The notes below the pieces were generated by a model that was not told the DNA's origin, did no database searches, and was given only the letters and a program-made list of their open reading frames with translations. Below are positions 25,721-39,469 of a stretch of 45,996 nucleotides of DNA, one piece after another. This stretch comes from Catajapyx aquilonaris (lineage: Eukaryota). The DNA lies in the NCBI GenBank assembly GCA_000934665.2, contig JYFJ02004147.1, positions 1-45,996 on the forward strand, in the 5' to 3' direction. Numbering within the stretch: the stretch's first letter is position 1; every line of letters begins with the position of its first letter. The translations under genes were made by a program, and so were the position numbers.

Positions 25721-26129
25721 ATTCATTGGCGGATGCAGGAAGAGCATTGCAAATGAATCAGTGGTTACAAATAGGACTTAATTCCCAAGAACGTACTTCT
25801 GAGAAAAGCGCAAAAAATTCATTGGATTGTTTGTCCTTACTGTCTTGTGCTGTCAATTGCATTTTGATGTAGCCGATTTGATAATGCCACACATGTATAG
25901 GCTCCACTTTGTGGGTTTGTTGAAGTTGCCTGTCCTACTTGATCACTGATACCTCTGTCATAGTAGAATGTAATGGTGATGACAATGCTGCTAGGAGGAC
26001 GTTTTTTGAGCACTCAGCAGGTTGCCTGCCTGTATTCTGACCAATACGTCCTCTTGATTTTGGTCACCTGATACTATTTGAGTTGAATACTGCCATCTTA
26101 CTCCGTGATCTGACACTCTTATTCGTAAC

Positions 26130-26310
26130 CTGATTCAAAGGTATTTTTTCACTGTGACGTAATTCAGGAGAGCATATACAGATCAGTGAGCTATAAATCT
26201 GAGACCTCTCTACGACGACATGTAGGGAGACCCCAAGCACTATTGGGTAACACAGAAAGGCAAGCTCTTTGAACATCTCAAATGCCCCTTGAAGGACAAG
26301 GCCCAGGAAG
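26130..26310 (-). pseudogene. Possible decayed I-clade-like LINE RT C-terminal fragment
   Basis: Minus-strand 'FLGLVLQ..AFEMFKELA...LGVS...QIYSSLI' resembles FLGL.FD...LNILK.L...WG....LY.SLI. Confidence 0.25.
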
Positions 26311-26562
26311 TTGGGTAGAGTCGATACAGCGGAAGACCTGACAATTGTATGAAGTTTGTGGTGATTTAACTGACTGGATCACACAATATGTATAGCCCAA
26401 TATGTACTACAGTATTGTACTTTACTGTAGCCATTCTTCGCCCATTGTTTTACTTCTACATATACAGTAGAGCAGACTACCCAATATGGCCAGCCAACAA
26501 CTGCGTGAAGGATAGAAATGAAATATCTTCAGGATAAGGTTTAGCCTTCGGTGGTGTAGCAT

Positions 26563-26814
26563 CAGGGTCGCCTACATGAGTGCCTCCCCCACCTAGACAG
26601 GGTATTGTCTCTCCGCCATATTGGAGCTAATTCACATAGGAGCTACATGCAGTGAAGAAAAAACAATTGAAAAAAACAAAAACGAATCGCTTGCCAATTC
26701 CCTATCCTGCAGCATGGGGCGGCCATATTGGAGCTAGATTGCATAAGGACTACGTGAAGACAATACCCTGGTTACTTGGTTAGGGTGGGGGAGGCAACCA
26801 TGTAGGGGACCCTG
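26563..26814. mobile_element. 252-bp MITE with 9-bp TSD (Mutator-like TSD length, CAGGG ends)
   Basis: TIRs CAGGGTCGCCTACATGAGTGCCTCCCCCA / TGGGGGAGGCAACCATGTAGGGGACCCTG. Exact GTGTAGCAT duplication at 26554-26562 and 26815-26823. Confidence 0.88.
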
Positions 26815-27716
26815 GTGTAGCATAAGTGCAGCGTAAGTGCTACATTTCAAAAAAGATTAGGACAAAATTAGTACCCTGACACAATTATCAGCATTCTACC
26901 AACGCAACGTGGTAATGCTCTTTTCACCTCTCAACCTTAACCTTGCTTGAGCCATGACGATGGTTGAATGGAACCAGAATACGCTTTTTCGAAACTCATT
27001 TCACATAATTTATCATATATTATGGAAGGCCCTGTATTGGATCTTCCCTCAATAAAAACTACAGTAATATACAAGCCCTTGAAAAAACTATTGACACTTC
27101 TTTCAATTAGTTCTCTTACCGTGATCCTTAGTGGATATGGGGATTTGCCACAGTATTATTATACACCACTGATCAAATGAGAGTGTGTAGTGTCATTTTT
27201 ATCATGATAAAAATCAATATGACTGTTAAATATTTATTGGTTTTGAAATTTAAAAATTTCTCCCATTATCATCCTCATCATGAGGAGCTGCATGCCAGGC
27301 TATCTCTAGTCCATTCACTGCTGCAATTGTGGCCAAAAAGACCATTACAGTAAGGAATTGTGCCTTACGTCATATTGAAATAAGTCATTAGGCAGTCCAA
27401 AATATATATAATGATGTTATTAATATGGGGATGAAAGCCCAGTGATGCTGTACAGTACGTTACATTGGAGGGGGAGAAAGCATTTGAGTGAGGAAGAGCG
27501 CTATTGGGTTCATATTATACTGTATAATGCAGATCGCGGAGCAGAGAATTATTGTTTCAACTGAACTTAGAGATTAAATGCAGGTCGTGCAAATTATGCC
27601 AATCATTTGCATTATACACATATATTAAGAATAATAATGTAATTGGTACGAATTACGACACTGTAGAAGGTACAGTATCTCGCATTCACTCGATGTCTTG
27701 TAGTCTAGTGACTATA

Positions 27717-28252
27717 CAGTGTGTTTCTTACTAGTAGGTCAAGCCGCAAGTGGCACATTCCTTGACCCAACCCAAGTCTAAAATGTAGGGGGGAGAAATG
27801 TCGAGGGAGCAACCTGTAACGAGGTAGACGACCAGAAATATTGGCTTACCCCAAGTCACATGCGGCAACACACACGACACCTCTTTGTAGGGACATCACC
27901 TGGCAGATGGCCTTACAGTGGTTGCTTAGAGAGACGGATATGAGAGTGATAATCACTTCTGCGAAAGAGGCTATCTCGCAATATCCCATCGGTCTTGATT
28001 ATCACTCTTATATCCTGCTCTCTAGGGAACTACTGTAAGGCGCGAGCGTCCATCTGTCAGGATATTTCCATACAAAGAGGTGTCGTGTGTGTTGACGCAT
28101 GTGTCTAGGGGTAGGCCAATGTTTCTGGTTGTCAACCTCGTTACAGGTTGGTTGGTCCCTCGACATTTCTCTCCCTCCTACATTTTAGACTTGGTTTGGG
28201 CCAAGGAATGTGCCACTTATTGCGGCTTGACCTACTAGTAAGAAACACCCTG
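27717..28252. mobile_element. Tc1/mariner-type fold-back MITE, 536 bp
   Basis: TA|CAGTGTGTTTCTTACTAGTAGGTCAAGCCGCAA ... TTGCGGCTTGACCTACTAGTAAGAAACACCCTG|TA. Inverted symmetry continues almost to the centre (AGAGTGATAATCA / TGATTATCACTCT), with scattered mismatches and indels. Confidence 0.92.
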
Positions 28253-29049
28253 TACTCGTATATGAGTTGAGGCTGTCATGCTGCAGAAGGTCCCGGGTTG
28301 CATTCTAGTGGCGACCATCCTTGACTCGAAGCTTTTAATTTAATTTCATGTGATTCACCCAGTAGGTTCCAGGGTAATTTTGCCCTTCCCATCACTCCTC
28401 TACCACAAGTCTGTATATCGAGCAAAGGTGTACTCCTTCCCTCCCTGCTTGGCTATGTTTCTCTATAGTGCTGTTCTTTTTGCATTTAACCATTATGACC
28501 TGCGCTGTTACTTACCTTCCTCACAAATGGGGAAGTAGCCAAGAAATCTTGCTACCGCAGCACGAATGAAGGATGAAAATATTCAACCATTTTTATGATC
28601 TCTCTTGACTCAGGATCCTATCTGGGCCGTACATTTTTAAAGCGCTTTTGAATCTGAAAGGTGACCATATGACTTCTTAGGGTACAATAATGATAAATTC
28701 CATCTTTTCCATCAGATTTGATTGCCCAAGTCTTATTAGTTTTATTAGATACCTTTGGCGCGTTGTTCCAGCGTTGTTCTCCTGGCAGGAAACCGAGAAT
28801 TTCTCACGGGCATATCTGCCCATTTCCACTGTATAGGCCATGGCAACAAATCCTTTTGCAAGCAAGGACTGCAAATTCACGAGTCCACTGTCCACAGTGT
28901 TGACCTCAAGCACCAGAACAGCACACTTGAGCTCGTCTAACCCAAATCATGCACTTGACCTTCAGCCGAGGAGGCTTCTCATTCAGTGAGAGCTAGTACG
29001 CTACTCGTAGTACGCACACCCATGTCTCGTTACAAATCTTGCCCAGTTG

Positions 29050-29158
29050 TAACCTCAACTCTCGAAAACTATTGTTCTATGAGTGGAATCAATATAAAAA
29101 TGGGCATAGTTATATGCTTAGGATAATTTTTTTGTAGTAAGTTCCGGCGGACACCCTG
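29050..29158 (-). mobile_element. Orphan mariner-type right end (...GGACACCCTG)
   Basis: Ends in CACCCTG (29152-29158), preceded by CTCGAAAACTA and AT-rich sequence similar in style to the 1631 fragment. The flank is TG rather than TA. Confidence 0.3.
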
Positions 29159-32100
29159 TGGAATTCGGGTGTGCATTTTAAGCCACATATTGAGTATTTG
29201 TGTAACTTAGCGGCAATTACAATGATTATTTTTCAAGCTGGCATATTAGTTTCTAAAATGAGCTTTTAAAAGGTTATGAAGAACGGCTCTATGTACATCT
29301 TGTGGCTTTTTTAGAAGTGGGACCTCCGCAGTCATACTATACCTGTATAGAATGAACCTTGTTTTTTATGAAATTGTTTATGACACAGTTCATGTATTCT
29401 CCTAAAAGTGATATTACATACCCTATACACATGTTATAATTTCAATCGCGTGTGATACGAAGCACCTTATAGGCCATATTTTTGTGTGAAAGAATCTCTT
29501 TTTCAAAAAAAAGAGAAACGTTGGACAATTGAAACGATAACCGGCCCATATTTTCCTGCGGCCCCCCCAATTTGTGATTTGTAGCAGTTGTCCTCGTAAA
29601 TCACGAGCGACCTGCGAAAGTGTAGGTTCCGCGTCCATCCTTTCCAGCGGAAAAAATAGGGATGGATGAAGGGTGTGTCGTGCCCCACCACCAATAGCGT
29701 GAGGGCAAAGGGGCTATATTAATCATGGCAGCTGCCTCTGTTCTGTAATGGAGGAATTAATTCCATTGTGGTCAGAGAGTTTCCCTAATTAATACATTAC
29801 CTGCTTTAAAGTTGTGCTTTAGTGTGAGGTTCGGTGGGTGGGTAGCTGGAGAGAGAATAATAACTGCTTCCTTTCCCGTAAAGAAGAATGGTTACTGAAA
29901 GAACATGCTCAATTCTCATTTCTGCTTCTTTTTTTTCTACCCTTTTTTACGAGGGGCGCGGCTAAGATTCGAGGTTAAGGTAGAAAAGGGGAAGATTCAA
30001 ACTATAGCCTTTAATCATGATTAAGGTAATCAGTTAAGCTGGAATCCGGTCGGGTATATAATTTAGACGTAATTATTGTGGAAGAAAAGCTGACAAGACG
30101 AAGTTGAGTTCAGGCAAAGGAGTATCGCAATATCGCTCCAATTCCAATTTCCTGCTGCGACGTGCCGCTTCATTCACGGTTTCCCCTCGCAGACTGCGTA
30201 AATAGCAGTAGTTGACAAGGTAAACAAGACCGACAGTTATTCTCCCTCTCTGTCAAGTATTGTTTTTGCAATTGGCAAGATCTTAATTTCGACAGAAAGG
30301 AAGCCTAGCTTCCTTAGTACAAATATCCTTGTGGGTCCTAAGCAGCTCCACGCTTTCCCCCTTCCACCCCCTGACTCCCTCGTGCCCGGGCAGAAATAAC
30401 GAGAGTAATGTAATTACCCAATTCGCATTAAGCAAACGTAAGCCAAACACATTGGACGCGGGCAGCGGCACAAGCCCATCCACATCCCTTCCTAACTACG
30501 TTATCGAAGACGAAAGGGTTAATAAGGTGGAGAGTTCCGGGAGGGGATGAGAAGAGGAGGGGGAGAAGAGGAAAGGCCATCTTGTTTTCACCTACCCCCA
30601 TTTTTCTCCCTCTAATCTGGTTTCCGCCTCTCGTTGAGATCCTGAGGGCCTCTCACCGGAATTTCTCCATCCCTGCCTCTTCCTCTGGCTATATACAGGC
30701 TTGTGCTACCGATTACGCCTCGTCGCTAATATCATTTATGTCTGCATCCAAACCGCAAGGGAAAGGCTGGATTTTCCCAGCCCGTGAGGCTCACTGCGCA
30801 GCTTCCATTTTTACCATCCAACTATATATAATTTTTTTTCTCTGCACTAATTTAATTTCTTTGCCCCCTCCCCCTTTCCTCTTCGTAAAACGCCTGACGA
30901 TGCGGCAATACTATATTTTTGTTGCTACTAACGTAAACAGAATTGAAAACCGTTTCTTTGCCCTGCTGCACCAGACGCCCCCTTTCTGCCTGATCATGAA
31001 TGCCCCAGGAATATAAAAGCGAATGGGGGTTGGGGGAAGAAGGGGTTGGTTGCTGGGAGTGGGTAGGGACGCCGCGTCTCTAATCTTGCTTGCTGAAACC
31101 TATTTACTACGACATGGGAATGCTAATGATTTGCTGTTTCTGGATTGTGCCATTCCACGTCTCCAGACCTGTGCTTGACGACTCACGCTCAAACCAATCA
31201 CACGACAAAGACGGTATGTTGTCGTTACTAGTGTTGTACCGTACTGCTGGTCCATCAAGTGGTGGTAGCAAAGTTTTTAAATAAGGTGAGCGCAGGCGCA
31301 AAGAAAAAGCAATTCAATTGCGTTTAATACTGAATGCGCAAGAGTGTGCGCTGGGCATGCGTAGAATCGCAGTTGAACACTGCGCATCTTCATATGAACT
31401 AAATCACATCAAAGGCGGCTGAATTGCAAGAGCGCATACCATATTTGTATTATCGCGTTATCCCCTTGTTACAGCTTTCGTGCCGTATACTACAACTTAG
31501 CCCTGGTGAAATAGAACGGTTGAGACTTGCAAATATAATTCGTGGAGAGAACTGAGAAGGATATTATAAGATCCAAGAAGATTTTTTTTTTCTTTCTTCT
31601 TCTTCGCCTTCTGCTTTACTGCATGCGGCTGTAGGGAGCTTTGGGATTATAGGCGTCCGTAGAATTGCACAGAGGTTGGTTGTAACGGTCTCGGTATAAT
31701 AGGCTTTGTGGTCAATTCGTCTTGGGGGAGCAAGAAAAGGAGCAAAAAAAATCAGCCATCCCACTAGAAAAGGAAGTATCATCCGCTGCGTTGCACGTGC
31801 AGCGTTTTGCTTTTCTTAACTCCCTCATTCCTACCTCACCATTTTATCTGTATAAAATGCATGATGTTCTTAGATTGGCATAAGATGCAAATCACGTTTA
31901 CTAGAAAGAGGTGTCCAGGGTAGCATGCAAAGTATACATTTCCTTCCAGTTTTGATATGTAAAATGATGGCGAATGTCGTTGTTTGATTTAGGTTCTGTA
32001 TCCAGTCGACTCTCCTGCTGCAAATACTGCCATGCAATTTGGGTCTGACTAAGCTCGATGCTGACTGGCTGGCTGACTCGGCGCAGCATAGAGGCAAGAA

Positions 32101-35100
32101 AATGTAAGAGATAGACCAGATTGGTCCGTAGTAGGCCTTGAAAGTGAGTGATCTAATCGAAATGCAGCAGCAGGCCCTTCTGGCTGAGTGCTGCCTACAA
32201 GCTCCCCCTTCAATTCATTCCCCGGTGCAGCACTTTTCCCCGGTAACTAAAGTCACCCCCTCACGCTGCTCACTTGGCCTAGTAGTCCAAGGAAATTGAA
32301 GGACGGCCTGGCGTATCAGGGGCCACTACGCTCAAATGAAACGCTCTAATGTCAGCTTAAGTAAAATTTGCTGAGACTAAAATGGTCGACCATGTTATAA
32401 TACATTCTCGGTGCTCTAGAGCACTGTTAGATGACTTGCCAAGATGAACTTGGGGAGGGGGGGGAGGAATAGGGGGAGGGGGGAAGCAATGGGCCCGAAT
32501 TTCACGGTGCAAGTGAACTTCTGAATTATGTAGATCCTCTTAATTATGCAGAACTCTTACTTCACTATCTGTGGCTCCTTCGCCATATTCCATATGGAGG
32601 AGAGAATTGTTAGGTGAGTGAAGGAGCGGAGAATCTGAAACTTTATGGTTAGTTCCCTGCCAGCCATTGGCGGATAATTACGAAACCTTTGAATTTTCTG
32701 GCGCCACAAGTGTAGTAAAGATAGTGTGGGGTAGAGACCAGCCTCGGGATAATGGGATTGTGTATGGAAATATACTGCTGACGTGCTCACATTTTCCAGC
32801 CGCCTCTTTTGTAAACGTCTATGTAAAATTGCGGTGGAAAGTCGCGGCCTTGTTACTCAATCTAAATTTTTGGGGCCCAAACGAGAAAGTGTAGTAATAG
32901 AAGGTTGAAACTAGCTGCGGAGGAATAAAAGTTAGCTCCTCCAGCTTTTATGACCCCACGTACTAACATGAAGGTACCACAATTTCTTAAAAAAAATAAT
33001 CTAGTCGTATCGGTTGCACAGGTATTGTCATCTGCTAACAACATGACACTGCGTGTGTGTTTAGAAAGCTACCACTCTCCCTATATCCAACGCTCTTCGT
33101 GGACCCGATCGATCGCCTTTCTGGGACTTGCGTTCGATTTAAATATTGAGCCAAGCGCATCCATAAACTAATACGATAAAAGCGGATTTTAATTACTCGA
33201 ATGTTGTTCATTTAGCTGCATCATAATTACAAAATATGGCGCCGTGCTAGGATATTTCTCTCCAAATTAGCCATCCCGAACAAAGGAAGAGAGAATTACA
33301 CTTTTGTTTCCGCCACTAATAAGCTCTGTGGTTAGGCAATTACATTTAAATTCGGCTCCCCCTGCAGTTCAAACATCACGCTGCGTTTATACCAACGTGT
33401 GTGTCGAAGTTTGTGGATCTGCACCGGAGGAAAGCCAATTCGATTACACGCCGTTTTGTTTTCATTCCCTTTTCATACTCGCATTCTTTGCACAACTTCA
33501 ACCATGCAGACTATAATTTTGTTTAGGGTCTGCCTGCTATCATTTACTTCGCGTTTTTGGAAAAGGAAAATTATATGCAGGACACACATGGCGTAGGGAA
33601 AGATAACATTGAATATTTTGCTCAGAACAATTCTGACAAGACAGCTTTAAAAACTTGTTATCCCATCCATGTAACATTAACGTTGCAGTGTCATATTGTA
33701 CTTAAATAAAAACTTAGTAATCATGTAAAAAAACTTGGACTAGAATATTTGTGTGAATTTTGAAATCCTCCCTTTTGTGCTTCTTTTTGGTGCAACAGTA
33801 AATAAGCTACAATAATAATTGATCATGCAGTTTTAAAGAATTCATATATGGACCTTTGTTATCAAAATTAATGTCAGGAGGGAATCTCCTCTTGTTAATA
33901 GCAACATATTGCTACATCCAGTTGATTGTGTGATTGTGTAATCTCGATTTTTGAAATCAGGAACACCACTACTTGATCCTTATAAGGTATATAGAATGCA
34001 ACTCGGCAGGCGGTTTCAAAATTCAAACCTTTAGCTTCATAAGGGTGCTAGTCGGATGCGAAACTTTAACTTGTTGCAAACCACTGCTTATAAAATCCAC
34101 TTTCCACTTTGGCGAGGCAAGAACCCTCCCCACCCCCCCCCCCCACCCCAGAAATTTGCTGCTCTACAATGATCGAACTGCTAATTGTAGGAAAATATGC
34201 AACCATTTATAGATCAGTTAGCGCGTCACCGTATGTGGACCAACACTTTGAGAACTGATTTCTTTGACTAAATGTTAATGGGTATTTCCTGTTACAGTGT
34301 AAATACAATAGTACTTTTATAATTCTAATAAAGTCGTATTCTGTTTGGTATTCTACTTCTCGTAACATACATGTAACAAGACAGTGTAAGAGACAAAAGT
34401 AACTTTCAAACTGAAGGAAATAAAAATTGACGGGAGAGAAACTAGTCGCCTAATTATGATTATTCGTTCATAATCCAGTGTTTTGTGAAAATAAATTAAG
34501 ACATTTGCAATAGAGCATAACGGTATGGGTACCATTGAAATATATTGAGAACCGACTTAGCACGACATGCTCGGAATGTAGAATAATTGACCTACTTACT
34601 GAGTCTTGTTCACAAAGTTTCTGCAGCAACAAATTTTCCAACTTTGCATTCCTATGAATCTATGTCAGGGCCACAAATGTTTGCGATGCCTAAGTGTAAG
34701 TTAGGAGTGAAACTTATTTTAACGGATTGTTGAGTAATTCTTGCTTATTGGTCATGAAAGCTCATATGATCTATTTATTTCTCATGTGTTTTCATATTTG
34801 GAGGATTCTCCTAGCAGAAAAATAGCAATAGGAAAGATACTCCATATTGAGTAGATCCAGCTTTAGGGCAGATCCTACCCACCGCCTTATCCGAATGCCA
34901 CCTACTCCGGACAACACGAAGGATCACTTAAGGTGATTAGAAGCTCTACAAGATGCGGGGTTGTCATACCTTGCAAGGTACCGGTACCATATACTATATG
35001 CCAAAATAACATGCGACAACTCCATATTTTTCCGAGCATATTTTCTCACTCGGTTATCATTTTTTTATGTTGACCGGAGTGGATTACATTCAGATAAATG

Positions 35101-36507
35101 GTGTCTTTTAAAGCTGGATATATTATGTCAAGAAATCGCTTTTTAAGGCTCAAGTACGGTTTAATCAATAATTTCCTTGTGCTATTTCCTTATACAATAC
35201 TTTCTGAATTATTTTGAATTTTGTAGATAAGGAAGGCTGATTTTCGTTGCACCTTGTCTCTTTAAGCAGTGTATACACTGTATTCACCTCCCTAAACGAC
35301 ATTACTTATGGCGTTGAACACACGTTAGGGTATGAAGGATAAAGATAAGAGATTTGCCAGGAAACTTCCAAGTAATCCATCCACCGTTACAAGGAGACTT
35401 GAGCGTTCCTAACCACACACCATTGGCATTGCTGTGTACCCATTAATGTACCCTATAGAATCTGACGAATATGCTTATTGAGATCCAAACATTTAAGCCG
35501 AAAAGGATCTCTCGCTATATCATGCGACATTTTTGCTCGAATGTTGATGCTGGTGACTGAATACTTTTCAGTTTTGATGTCAGTGGTTTGGCGAAGCAGG
35601 GCTTGAAATCCCTAGAAGCTGAAAATCCAAAAGCCTCCTTATCCCCAAGTCAAGTCCACTGGATTGTAAGTGAAAGGGCAGTGCTTGGGTTGGGTCAAAG
35701 AAGAGAGAATAAAAAAAGGGGGGGTAGAATCCTTTCCTCCAAGTAAGCCTTTGATATTCCCCAGACCACTCCAGGTATCAGGAGCACACACAAGTTGCAG
35801 CCGCCACATTTAAGCTCGGAAAGGCAAGGCCGTATGTTAATGACCCATCCCCTGGAGAGATAGAGAGAGCTATATTCTTTTTCTCTATCTTTCTGTGAAG
35901 TGCAGGAGAGCAGACGATGCTACTAAAATCGCAAGCTGCATGGAGAACCAATAGTGGACTTCCGGCACACAGAAATGGAAGCAGCGTGTTGCGTCTGACA
36001 GGAACAGGGTAGTGGGACGAGTGGGGTAGGGGGGGGGGGCATGAGGTCATCCCAAATCTGGCCTTCTGGGTGACTGTTTTATGCATTCTGCATCCAGATG
36101 CAACCATGTGTCTCTAACATGTGTGTTTGCGGAAAAAGGGCGTGACTCAACAATAGAGGTAAAATTGAGTTTCGACCACACAAATTAATTTCCACTAAAT
36201 TATTAACATCACAAGCATTTAACATTCATTTGCTAATGGAACTCTAATCGGAGTTGTGGCCCTGGGAAAAATTGACGAGTTGTTGACAAGCGCTGTAATG
36301 AATCGATCACGCCAAAAAGAATGGATTAAAATTAATGTCAAATATATTCCACCCCTTCGTTACTACATTCCTGATTGCGTGTGGAAATTTGTTACCTGAC
36401 AGCCTGACTCACAATGTAAACACTGAAGGCATATACCATAACATTAATAATTTAAACTGATAAAAAAGTTATATCGTTTTATTACGCTATTGGACATAAT
36501 GCTATGT

Positions 36508-36765
36508 ATTAATGGATACCCCGTGATAGGCCTCCGTGGGCGTTTTTAGGGGATCAGCTTTTAAATACCTGGCTTGAATCATTTGCCTGTACTCCGATGG
36601 GTTTTGATAGTGGGGGGAAACGGGAGAGCCCCGAGAAAACCTACACGAACACAGAGAGAACCCAGCCAAACTATTTCCAAATAAGCATCAGTCCGATCCG
36701 GGGATCGAGCTCGGGACCTCAGAGGTGGAAGGCTGTGGCGATAACCACTAGACCACCGTGCCTCC
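36508..36765 (-). mobile_element. tRNA-derived SINE, family B, with a V-domain-like core (full length)
   Basis: Minus strand has A box TGGTCTAGTGG and a degenerate B box GAGCTCGATCCC, then AGTTTGGCTGGGTTCTCTCTGTGTTCGTGTAGGTTTTCTCGGGGCTCTCCCGTTTCCCCCCAC. Imperfect ~16-bp TSD TGGACATAATGCTATGT (36491-36507) / TGGACATAGGCTATGT (36766-36781). Confidence 0.88.
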
Positions 36766-38558
36766 TGGACATAGGCTATGTTCAGTATTTAAATAATTTA
36801 GTGAGCCTTCCCAAGCAGTGTAGCTATTTAATTTTTTGTAGCATACTGATATAATTAACAAAAAATGCTTGAAGCGTGCATTTACAGTTGTACTATTTTT
36901 TGCATTTGTATAATGTTTTTATAAAAGGGTTAATTCATTACCACTCCTACACAGGGCTAACTGTCCGTACATTAATTAGGTTTGTCCCAATCAGCCACGT
37001 CCTTTTTTTTGCAAAAGTGCATAGAATCCCATCTCATCTTTGCCAAGATATTTTTTGGAGATATGGGGCGTGGCACATGAGCAGGAAACTCTGACTCCAC
37101 AGCTGCAGAGGACAGGTCTCCGGCTCCCTGATCGGCCGGACAACGGAGTGACACTTGCAGCAGCAGCCCAGCCACCAACATGTATGTAACAACCCCCCCC
37201 CCCCTCCCCACCCACCCACCCACCAGCCTGAAACCTACCCTGCATCCTCCTGCCTCCATATAACCCAGGCTAGAACGTAGTGTGGCCATGGTAAAAAGGC
37301 TGTCTATTCATAACCTCTGCACTTTGTCTGTGGATGACGTCTAGGAGGGACTCACTTAAGAGCTCTCTGATTCCATTATGATGCTCGTTTCCAGCCCTGG
37401 AATCAAGGTTGGGTGGGCTGCCGAGTGGAGAGGCCGGAGAGGAATTATTTCATCCTGCGCGTTATTTCGGATGGTGAGACAAGAGAGGTACTTGGGTTGC
37501 ATAAGTGTCAGGATGTACGAGGCTAATGCATGCTAAGCATTGTGTGTGGCTGGGGAAGATGATGCGGTTTGGAGTTATAGGAGGGGGATTCTAGTTGCAT
37601 GACCGCATGATATGCGTTGGGTGTTGCAAACTAGAATTTAAGGGCAGGTGCATAGCTCAACCTGATGCATGGCTGCTGTTGTAGTTCTGATAATACAGGG
37701 TGTTTTTGTAATGATTCAGGCTAACTGGCAGGGTGAAGTTATGAGTGTCTACTAAAGAGGTAGACTACTATTTTTGTTGTGCCGAGAAGTTACAAAATAT
37801 CCTGGAATGTAAGCATACCTTTCTGTCGATTTGAAATGCGTCACCATGGAATTTAATTTACATTTCTATTTTTTTTGCATTTTCATTTGGTAGAGTAGGC
37901 AATGCCCGGGACGATGGGAGTGGCACATGCATCAATGCACACTTTGATTAATGCTAATTACAAACCAAATTACACAAATATAAGTAACTTATGTGGGAAT
38001 CATCTTGAAATACTCTGACAATGAGTAGGGGGTTTTAAAAATCGGTGACTTCACTTTGATTTGCACTCTTCCGGGCTGAAACTCGAATGTTCAAGCAAAA
38101 TCTCTCTGTGCAATTGGCTAATTCGGAGCCATGAGCCAATTACGCATCGAGATTACACGTGTTAACTTTAGAGTTTCAGTAGTGGGTGAAGTGTCTATTA
38201 TGTTACCCTCGGTTTAAATCTAGAGAATGAAGACCTTAATCGGCTTACTAACATACTGAAACGAGGTTAAGGCACTCTACCACAAAATTGTATAAGTTTG
38301 GACATTACCAAGGTAAATTATTGCAACCCCTTACGTGATAACTTATAACGGTGAGTTACTATTGTAATGCCCTCATTCTGCTGCAGTCATGAAGAGGACG
38401 GTGTTATTACAGTTGAATCCGGATATAACATACTTCAAGGGACAGCGCAAATCAGTTTGTTATAACCAAGGCCTGTTATAGCATAATACACCTAGGCCAT
38501 ATATGGAAGAATATGGTGGGACGGGCCTTTGGAGGCTGTCATATCCGGATTCAACTAA

Positions 38559-38940
<382 letters not shown>

Positions 38941-39419
38941 GCAGCACAAAGTAACGTTACAAATACCATCGAACACCCAAATCCAAATCTGCAGACTAGT
39001 GCAATTTTGAGACACAGTTTGTATGAATGATTTATCATCACGTCAGCAGTTCTTTCCCGGTATTTGCACTGAGTTCTCCAGCGCAGCAATCTTGAGTGCA
39101 AAGAACTGCGGGCGAGCGCCAACATAATCCTCCTTCTCACTAACCTCATTAAAAGTCCCAGGCCTTGTTAAATTACGACACATGCAATGTAACTCCACAG
39201 TGTAACTATTATTTAAGCACCTTGTAAGCAACGTTTTACTACTTATCTATTAATTATGAAGGCAGGTTTATGCTGCACTGATAGTATGAAGGCAGTAAAT
39301 AAATGTGGCGCCTGTTCGTATACGCACGACATGGTGAAGTATCCTCATTTGCCTCATTAAGCAAGGAAGAGGTGAGAGAGAGAGTGAGAGAGGTGCATGA
39401 AGTTCATAACAAATGAGCT

Positions 39420-39422
<3 letters not shown>

Positions 39423-39467
<45 letters not shown>
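39423..39467 (+). repeat. (GA)n microsatellite
   Basis: Pure GA tract, with a shorter GA run at 39374-39392. Confidence 0.97.

Positions 39468-39469
<2 letters not shown>

Noticed and set aside
28263..28540. Possible further SINE (AAGGTCCCGGGTTGCATTC)
   Set aside because: A and B boxes are too degenerate; no TSD or shared tail found.
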